A stretch of DNA of 36,246 bases from Macrostomum lignano (lineage: Eukaryota). Each line of letters opens with the position of its first letter. Position 1 is the first letter of the stretch. Shown one piece after another: positions 28,601 to 36,246 of the stretch. A program made the translations under genes and the position numbers. The notes beneath the pieces were generated by a model. That model was given only the letters and a program-made list of their open reading frames with translations, did no database searches and was not told where the DNA came from. Location: NCBI GenBank assembly GCA_002269645.1, contig NIVC01004748.1:1-36246 (forward strand). The letters are read 5' to 3'.

Positions 28601-31600
28601 ACCATTGACAGCAGCGGGAAAATCCCGGCAAAGGTGCCAATCATGCCCATTTGAAAGAACATGTGCTTCCGACGGAAACCGGGTAGGCCTTCGTACCAGA
28701 GTGCGGCTAGCAACTGCTGACAGTGCGGATGGGCCACAAACTGAGGGGTGCAATTAAAAAAGCACTTGGATAATTCTTTCTGCTATGAAGTTTCATCTAT
28801 ACGCTCAACTGAGCTTGATTCCAACAAAGACTGCGTAAAGACCAGAGACAGAAACGGGACGGAACGGGACGGAACGGGACGGAACGGGACGGAACGGGAC
28901 GGAACGGGACGGAACGGGACGGAACGGGACGGAACGGGACGGAACGGGACGGAACGGGACGGAACGGGACGGAACGGGACGGAACGGGACGGAACGGGAC
29001 GGAACGGGACGGAACGGGACGGAACGGGACGGAACGGGACGGAACGGGACGGAACGGGACGGAACGGGACGGAACGGGACGGAACGGGACGGAACGGGAC
29101 GGAACGGGACGGAACGGGACGGAACGGGACGGAACGGGACGGAACGGGACGGAACGGGACGGAACGGGACGGAACGGGACGGAACGGGACGGAACGGGAC
29201 GGAACGGGACGGAACGGGACGGAACGGGACGGAACGGGACGGAACGGGACGGAACGGGACGGAACGGGACGGAACGGGACGGAACGGGACGGAACGGGAC
29301 GGAACGGGACGGAACGGGACGGAACGGGACGGAACGGGACGGAACGGGACGGAACGGGACGGAACGGGACGGAACGGGACGGAACGGGACGGAACGGGAC
29401 GGAACGGGACGGAACGGGACGGAACGGGACGGAACGGGACGGAACGGGACGGAACGGGACGGAACGGGACGGAACGGGACGGAACGGGACGGAACGGGAC
29501 GGAACGGGACGGAACGGGACGGAACGGGACGGAACGGGACGGAACGGGACGGAACGGGACGGAACGGGACGGAACGGGACGGAACGGGACGGAACGGGAC
29601 GGAACGGGACGGAACGGGACGGAACGGGACGGAACGGGACGGAACGGGACGGAACGGGACGGAACGGGACGGAACGGGACGGAACGGGACGGAACGGGAC
29701 GGAACGGGACGGAACGGGACGGAACGGGACGGAACGGGACGGAACGGGACGGAACGGGACGGAACGGGACGGAACGGGACGGAACGGGACGGAACGGGAC
29801 GGAACGGGACGGAACGGGACGGAACGGGACGGAACGGGACGGAACGGGACGGAACGGGACGGAACGGGACGGAACGGGACGGAACGGGACGGAACGGGAC
29901 GGAACGGGACGGAACGGGACGGAACGGGACGGAACGGGACGGAACGGGACGGAACGGGACGGAACGGGACGGAACGGGACGGAACGGGACGGAACGGGAC
30001 GGAACGGGACGGAACGGGACGGAACGGGACGGAACGGGACGGAACGGGACGGAACGGGACGGAACGGGACGGAACGGGACGGAACGGGACGGAACGGGAC
30101 GGAACGGGACGGAACGGGACGGAACGGGACGGAACGGGACGGAACGGGACGGAACGGGACGGAACGGGACGGAACGGGACGGAACGGGACGGAACGGGAC
30201 GGAACGGGACGGAACGGGACGGAACGGGACGGAACGGGACGGAACGGGACGGAACGGGACGGAACGGGACGGAACGGGACGGAACGGGACGGAACGGGAC
30301 GGAACGGGACGGAACGGGACGGAACGGGACGGAACGGGACGGAACGGGACGGAACGGGACGGAACGGGACGGAACGGGACGGAACGGGACGGAACGGGAC
30401 GGAACGGGACGGAACGGGACGGAACGGGACGGAACGGGACGGAACGGGACGGAACGGGACGGAACGGGACGGAACGGGACGGAACGGGACGGAACGGGAC
30501 GGAACGGGACGGAACGGGACGGAACGGGACGGAACGGGACGGAACGGGACGGAACGGGACAGCGTCGAACTAACCTTCTTCTGCTTGTACTTGATGGCCA
30601 TCTTGAGTCGGGACAAGTTCATCCTCTCACCCTCCGTAAGGGTTTTGTCGTTGAGCTTTGCGTTGCCCTGTCCGGCGTCCTGGTTAAGCACGATGGCCAG
30701 CTCCTCGGAACTGCGAGTCTGCTCCAGCAGAGCCGTGGCAAACTTCTGACAATCGGCCGACAGGTTCTCGTACTCCTCGCGGAACTCGTGCTCGAGCCGG
30801 CCGAGTCGGTGCATCTCCCAGCTGAGCTCGAAGGCTGTCAGAATCGGATCCTTGCTAGACAGGGCAATCAGCGACGGGCTGGCCAGGGCTTTGTAGGCGT
30901 TGATGCGCGATTTCGAGTGCTGCAGACTGTCCTCCTTGTGCGCCCTGACGCAGTCGACGCAAGCGCAGCGCAGTTCGTGCGGCTTGGGTACGCGGTCGCC
31001 GCGATCCAGCAGCAGCTTGATGATCTCGTAGTTATCGATCTGGGCGGCCAGGATGATCGGCGTGACGTCCGGCGTGAAACTGCTGGACGGTGTTGTGCCG
31101 AGGAGGCCCTGCGGTTAGAGGATCGGAGGCTGTTGGTGGTTTCATGGACAGGTCAACTGAATTAAAAGACGCTAGCTCGCAGATATTGTGAATTTTGCTG
31201 TAGGCCGATTTTCACGGTGAAATGCATCAACTTAAAAATATATAAAATAATAATTGATTATAACTGCCCTAATGGTCAGATTTGTAACCGACAGCTCAGC
31301 CGCAGCTATTGCGCGGCGCATCTGAAGGCTGCGTACGGCTGTTCAGTCCAAGGACTAGGGGGGGGGGGGGGGGCGGCGTCGCCACACACACCCTCAGTTA
31401 CCCCAGCTAATGCTGGCACCCATTTTACAGCTGGGTGAAGTGAAGCAATGCAGAGTTAAGTGCCGTGATCAAGGACACAAATTGCTCCTGGTGAGTCGAG
31501 AATCGAACCCCGACCTTTCAGTCGTGAGTCCGACGCTCTAACCACCAGGCTACAACCCCATATCTTAAGATAAGATGATTGAAGATTTTTAGCACTAAAC

Positions 31601-34486
31601 ATATACAATATCTCTCCTTCTGGACTTCCGGATTACAAATGAAGTGCTTTTAAAAGGTTGCTTCACAGGTTTATCAGGCTTGCAATGCACATTCTTCATG
31701 AACTGCTACCAGAGACGGGCAAACAAGCAAAGCTCCCGTGAACTTTCTGCTGTTCCTGTCTGTATGTATTTTGAGCGGCGCAAAGCTCTTCAATCTTTAC
31801 TTTTTAAACTTGTGAGCGCAGCTCGGACAAAACACCTGCTGGCTGCATTTGCAATTCGGGAGTCCAGCAGGTGAGATATTGGGAATTCAGTGCTTAGAAC
31901 CTGAAAACTTCCCAGCTCGCCAGTGCAGTTCGCAGTGAAAACCGGCAGCCTCCAGCGAAATCTGAACGCCTTCTAAGCGGAATGGAAAAGAAAAAAGAAA
32001 ATAAATAAAATTCTACAACGGAAAATATGAGTAGAGGAATTTGAGCAGTTTGCAACCAGGCGTGACACTGCTTCCATGCCGGTCAGCTTCAACATAACAA
32101 CTCGTGTGACTGAACCCTTTAACTGAATTCTTAAACACATAAAGCTAAGCAGGCTGAAGGAAAAGAGAAACGAATAGTTAAGAAAAAAGCAAAATTTACT
32201 AGCAAAGAAAACTTGGATCGCAAGCGACCGGCAATGCGCTCCCAATCTCTGATTTGCAAGTAGGCCATGGATGGAGCGGAGCTGCGGCAGTTATCCGACT
32301 GTAATTTTGCCGCAGTTAATTGGCAATGATTTCGTGCAACAATGACAATGATTTAATAATCCATTCGGAACCGCCCAGGTAAAACTTCTTATGGAGCGAT
32401 TGTCCCTTCATTCTGAAGTCTAAATGTCACTACGCGTTCTGGCGCCCCCCTAAAAGAAACTGGCGCCCCCTCCTAAAAGAAACTGGCGCCCCCTAAAAGA
32501 AACTGGCGCCCCCCTAAAAGAAACTGGCGCCCCCCCCCCTATAAGAAGCTGGCGCCCCCAAAAGAAACTGGCGCCCCCCTCCTAAAAGAAACTGGCGCCC
32601 CCTATAAGAAACTGGCGCCCCCCTAAAAGAAACTGGCGCCCCCCCCCTAAAAGAAACTGGCGCCCCCCTATAAGAAGATGGCGCCCCCTAACTCACGGCC
32701 CCCCAATCAAAATTCCTGGCTACGCCCTGCCACAGTTTGCGAAACAATGTAACGATATATACCGATTTTTTTCGGCAGCAATTGCGTAAGCTGAAGCCGC
32801 GTAGCGGCTGAAGCTTAGTAGAGCAATTGCTGCCGAAAAAAATCGGTACATGTCATTATTGTACCCTTTTGACTTCCCCTGTCTATGGCCCAGACATGTA
32901 TAGTGCGGATGCTGAGTATGAAATGCGATTGTTGCCGGAATGCGCTTTGAAAGGGTTGTAGAGATAATCAATCGTCTATGGCAAATTTAGTTGCTCTCTA
33001 AATGAAAGGGTTGTAGAGATAATTAATCGTTTATGGCAAATTTAAAGGACAGTGAAGACAGCTAGCCTGGCTGCCATGAGTTAATTCTCAAGTTGATTTT
33101 GAGCTTGAATTAATTCTCCTATTCGGAGTGCAAATAGGAAAACTAGCTATGATTCGCTACGCAAACATTCCTGGCGGAGAAATATGTGGACTCTCCACGG
33201 ACGAGTTGGCTTTTGTCACCCGAGAGTCGAGCACGCGCTACGTTCTGGAGATGGACAACCTGGATGCGTCGTCCAGTTCCAACGGGCTGCCTGAGCTAGG
33301 TAGCGAAGATCTGGAAATGTTGGACCAACTTGAGAGTGACTCAGTGCCGAAATCGACCGAGACGCAACGGAAGCTTCACGTGGCAAGGTTCCGACAGTTC
33401 CTCAACGAGAAGGGGCTCTGCCAGGAGTTTGAGCGTGTTCCGGATCGATTTTTGAAAGATTATCTGAGGCTTTTCTGCGGTTTGTTCTTAAGAACTTTTT
33501 GTGACTATGAAACACTTTCGCCGTGTTGCTATTGTTGTTCCTTGTTTTGATAGCCAAATACATTCGTCTGAAATCCGGCAACAATCGAAAAAAGCCGACA
33601 AACAATTAAATTGTTACCGCAAGTATGAATGCCGGAAACCATAGACAAAAGGGAACAATGTTGCCGGGGTGCCCAAAGCCCTCCAGCTAATAAAAAACGA
33701 GCTCGTAATCATTATTGAAGGGGTGTCATGGGGTCGCCAGAGTATGCTTTAGGGTACTTACTCGTATGTGGTGATAAATGAGCACTAAGCCAGATCAGCC
33801 ATAGAAAGATTATTTTTCTGCATTCTCCCCCGTCAAATAATTACGTTTGAGCTTAAGTTCGATGCACAGGCTAAGCCGATACTCGTAAAGTAGAAATGCA
33901 GACAATAAAAAGCGTCAAAATCGGATGGTAAACTCACGGATAAGTCCTTCTTTTTCTGTCGCTCGGTTTGCGAGCTGAGCAGCATCTCCACAGCGATGAT
34001 GTTCTCCTCTTGAATGGCGTGCAGCAGCGCGTCGCCGAGCTCCAAGTTGTACGCCAGTAGCACCTCCAGCAGCTCGATGTGCTCGTATTCGATGGCGACG
34101 TGGAGGGCTGAGCGGCCGAGCGAGTCACGGCAGTTGATGTTGATGCCTAGCGAGGAGGCGCTTTCGATGCTGCGCCGAACCGTGGCGAGGTCGCCGAGCT
34201 CCACTGCCTGCAGATAGCGCCGCTCGTTCATGTTGAGGTCGAAATCCTTGCGCAAGAGGCCGCCCGCGGCGCTCCCGGCAGCGCCAGAGCCGCCGTTTCC
34301 TCCTCCGCCGCCACCACCGCCTCCGCCCGCCTCCTCCAAATCGATTCCAAGCTGCTCGATGATCTGCGATAGCTCCATTGTGCGGTCGAAAACGGTGGCG
34401 CCGCCGCCGGCCTCCGCATCGCCGGCGGCCTCCTCTGCATTGCCTCCGGACTGCTGACGCTTGTAGTCTCGCCACACTTTTTCCAT
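16697..34486 (-). CDS. TRPC: Canonical transient receptor potential (TRPC / TRP-gamma-like) cation channel, about 950 aa, 11 exons; 3' end uncertain
   Basis: Exons 34486-33938, 31108-30575, 28740-28383, 24243-24104, 21327-20954, 19427-19327, 18137-18043, 17962-17768, 17689-17648, 17575-17424 and 17003-16697 all have GT-AG ends and consistent phase. Motifs: ankyrin repeats ([36 protein letters not shown]), [11 protein letters not shown] zinc site, [67 protein letters not shown], pore [28 protein letters not shown] box [19 protein letters not shown]. The last two exons are low confidence (may extend to 16256 or beyond). Subfamily member not resolved. Confidence 0.92.
17029..17336. repeat. 16/17-bp minisatellite CTAAGCTGCATGTTCC(C), TRPC intron 10
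   Basis: Seen directly; same unit as 23200-24075. Confidence 0.95.
18141..19134. repeat. 33-bp minisatellite GAGAGTGACGGGTGAGACTGACTCTCGGACTGT, about 30 copies, TRPC intron 6, running into the exon-7 acceptor
   Basis: Seen directly; gives the 11-aa periodicity of ORFs 18105..19148 and 18313..19008. Confidence 0.96.
19895..20090. repeat. Degenerate repeat of about 29 bp (TTAGCAATTCCCCATGAGCC core), TRPC intron 5
   Basis: Several diverged copies of AGCAATTCCCC(C)ATGAGCC. Confidence 0.6.
20337..20645. repeat. 16-bp minisatellite CATCTAGTCTCTCCCT, TRPC intron 5
   Basis: Tandem unit seen directly. Confidence 0.93.
21393..22292. repeat. 24-bp minisatellite CTACTTCTGTAGCTGACGGTTGCC with higher-order blocks, TRPC intron 4
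   Basis: Seen directly; a deletion-variant block (CTACTTCTGTTGCCCAACTTCTATAGC) recurs about five times. Confidence 0.95.
23200..24075. repeat. 17-bp minisatellite CTAAGCT(A/G)CATGTTC(C/T)C, TRPC intron 4, next to the exon-4 donor
   Basis: Seen directly; same family as 17029-17336. Confidence 0.95.
25559..25656 (+). mobile_element. 3' tail fragment of the CORE-like SINE, inverted relative to the 31251-31560 copy
   Basis: 25559-25621 is the exact reverse complement of 31286-31348 (63 nt); imperfect similarity continues about 35 nt further. Confidence 0.75.
25697..28413 (-). repeat. 64-bp tandem array (42 units) made of the TRPC exon-3/intron-3 junction
   Basis: Sense unit GTGAGATGCTCTGTGCCATGCCATCTAGATATGGTGGAATGGACCATTGTGATCTATGTCCTAG. 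Donor GT positions fall exactly at 28382-64n down to 25758. The last 31 nt of each unit match the last 31 nt of exon 3 with 3 differences. Confidence 0.97.
28851..30560. repeat. 10-bp repeat GGAACGGGAC, about 171 essentially invariant copies, TRPC intron 2
   Basis: Seen directly; starts about 14 nt into the intron from the exon-2 donor (30574). Confidence 0.97.
31251..31560 (-). mobile_element. tRNA-derived SINE with CORE-like central domain
   Basis: Minus-strand head GGGGTTGTAGCCTGGTGGTTAGAGCGTCGGACTCACGACTGAAAGGTCGGGGTTCGATTCTCG has A and B boxes. It is followed by GTGTCCTTGATCACGGCACTTAACTC..CTGTAAAATGGG, resembling the MIR/CORE domain. The tail is shared with 25559-25656. Confidence 0.7.
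32439..32730. repeat. Degenerate repeat of about 22 bp CTGGCGCCCCC(n)TAAAAGAAA ending in a MITE-like terminus
   Basis: About 11 units with a variable C-run, followed by AAATTCCTGGCTACGCCCTG; no matching opposite terminus found. Confidence 0.75.
32760..32848. other. Near-perfect 89-bp palindrome/hairpin
   Basis: 26-bp perfect arms (32760-32785 and 32823-32848) enclose an inner imperfect stem TAAGCTGAAGCCGC-GTA-GCGGCTGAAGCTTA. Confidence 0.85.
33149..33480 (+). mobile_element. Truncated Crypton-like (DUF3504-associated tyrosine recombinase) N-terminal fragment, antisense within TRPC intron 1
   Basis: [45 protein letters not shown] resembles the recalled N-terminal helical region of animal Crypton/ZMYM/QRICH1/KCTD1-type recombinase domains (..VPxNTxxxTxWAVxxFxxWL..LxxYLRxFY). 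Similarity stops after YLRLF; no catalytic domain is present. Confidence 0.5.
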
Positions 34487-34786
34487 GTCTGCCTTGCGGC
34501 TCGGGTCCGCTGCAAGTTGGCCTCGGGTAAAACACCACTCTAAAATACGGATTGAGGTGGACAATACATGAGTGGCTCGCAGTTTGAAAATCAGAAATTT
34601 TAGAAATTAGTCTCTATTTGTTTAAGAGTGGTGGGTGTAAAAGCCTTAGAAAATTTCCGCGGCCTAAGCGGTATTTCAGACGATCGATATGTGGGACTCA
34701 TGCGCTCTTAGCCACTAGCCCGGACTGTATTCAGTAATTGCAGTAGTCCAAGCATGCATGAATCAAAAGTATCCCCTAGTTCATTT

Positions 34787-35143
34787 GGGGGGGGCTAAGC
34801 TCAGTGGTCTAGCGCGGCGCTTTGATGTGCCAGCGGCCCAGGCTCGATTCCAAGTGCAGTCACATTAATTTGGGACTAAATTGGAATCTCGGCTTGGAAT
34901 TGTTCATGCTACAATTAATGCTCTCAAGAGCTAACCCCAAGGCACAGTGAAGTGTACATGCCTAACGATAAATAAAGTTAGGGCCGCTGTACACTCCTGT
35001 GTGAATGTGTGCCTGTGCGTATGACTGCGTACGTATCCGCACGCTTGTGTGCCTGCTCAGGGGAGTCGGCGGAATGGGCAGTAATGCCTCTCGCCGGTTG
35101 TGTGACAATGTCGCTTAAAGTGCTCCAATGTGAACACAGCCCC
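34787..35143 (+). mobile_element. tRNA-derived SINE (family A), most complete copy
   Basis: A-box AGCTCAGTGGTCTAG and B-box-like GGCTCGATTCC, then a body colinear with 7480-7795 and 2683-2940. Confidence 0.8.
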
Positions 35144-36246
35144 TGATTTTAATGAAGAATCCCCTAATTCAAGATTTGATGCAAGAGGAAAATTATATTT
35201 CGATTTCAAAATATCTCAGGGAATCCTCCAAGTGCAAATAAGTTCAAAAAAAGTGGATTAACGCGATGGTATTAGTCAAACCTGCCAATAATGACTTACC
35301 TATCGCTGTCAATTAGCAAAGCTTTGAAATTTCTTCATCTTGGGGCGAGTCGCAGCGGTGCCGATGAGCATTCCTGTTTTGCTGGCACAGGGCCTTTTCT
35401 TCCAGCTGGTCCAGAGCCCTCCCCAACTCCATCTGCATAACGATGGGCCCGCGCCCGAGGACTGTCTGCCGAACCCCGCCCAGAGCAGCAGAGGGCGATT
35501 GGATTGGCTGTGCCAGAATTCTGAGTTGCGCAGGTGCTGGGGGTGGATTAAGGGATTTTTGCTCCACCCAGCATTCTGCCAGCAAAAGCCTACATTTTGC
35601 CTGCGCGGCTTCTTCCTTTGTCAATCCTTATCCAAACAATTTCCTTTTGTGTGGTCGCACGGTAAGAGCACAGCTTGAGAAAAATTGGTTGAGCAAGGAA
35701 GCCGCTATCACCCTGTCCTGCGCTTGACTAAACAGGGCGAGCTGCTCCAATTGTTTTCTAGGAAAGGAAATCAATTTTTTATTTTGGTTAAGGTGACGTC
35801 TTCATTGTGTAAACTTATGCTTCGATTACAAAGTGATTGCAAACTTCAACCAAAGCAAGTCGCATATCAGTTTTGTGAAATTTGTCAAACTTGTGCGTGC
35901 AGGGTGGGTGCATTTAGCATGGGTGTGGTCTCCAAGTGAGCTAGCTGGCTGCAAACCTACAGTACATGTAAATGGCTGGATATCTGTAGAGCAGCCCTAG
36001 TACGGTCCCCGCCTTTGCTTAATATTTTCATACAGTCTATGACAATGAGTTTGGAAAAGATTTTAGCCGCTAACCGAGTGTAATGAAAGTTTGCACGCAT
36101 CGAATTGCAGAGTCTGATGAAAGGTAGGGTGCCTCTTTGATATCCCTAAGAGCGTACAAGAACTTTTTTTAGTTTTAGCGGGCTTGAACCAACCGTACTC
36201 GCGTCTGATCCATTGTTTACAGAAGGTTTGCTCTCGAGAAATTGAG

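Noticed and set aside
28748-31165. 805-aa and 669-aa repetitive ORFs ([10 protein letters not shown] / [10 protein letters not shown])
   Set aside because: Translations of the 10-bp intronic repeat. Only the MHRL..KQKK part of the minus ORF is real (TRPC exon 2), and it ends at a GT donor.
31490-31560. tRNA-Val(CAC)-like gene on the minus strand
   Set aside because: Acceptor, anticodon and T stems contain mismatches, and the sequence continues directly into a SINE body.
34787-34865. tRNA gene
   Set aside because: A and B boxes are present but the cloverleaf is poor; it is the head of a repeated SINE.
36114-36170. Hammerhead ribozyme core (CTGATGA)
   Set aside because: No properly placed GAAA or convincing stems I-III could be found by eye.

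Overview
Eukaryotic (metazoan) genomic DNA with three spliced protein-coding genes, reconstructed by hand from GT-AG junctions and reading phase. (1) A minus-strand PP2C-family gene resembling pyruvate dehydrogenase phosphatase (PDP) but missing several metal-binding Asp residues (297-3978). (2) A plus-strand cytosolic carboxypeptidase 5 (AGBL5/CCP5; 6 exons, 6846-14071). (3) A minus-strand TRPC/TRP-gamma-like channel (11 exons, about 16697-34486). Most long introns of the two larger genes carry a minisatellite, and these arrays explain the long low-complexity ORFs in the track. Also present: tRNA-derived SINEs, an hAT-type MITE with an 8-bp target-site duplication, an LTR-like segment and a Crypton-like recombinase remnant. 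The most striking structure is a 42-copy 64-bp array in TRPC intron 3 whose unit is a copy of the exon-3/intron-3 junction. Each unit parses as a 28-nt GT..AG segment plus a frame-preserving 36-nt pseudo-exon that re-encodes part of a transmembrane helix. The genome style (GC-rich polyQ/polyA exons, minisatellite-filled introns) suggests a free-living flatworm such as Macrostomum; this is inference only. All family assignments come from recalled motifs, not database searches.
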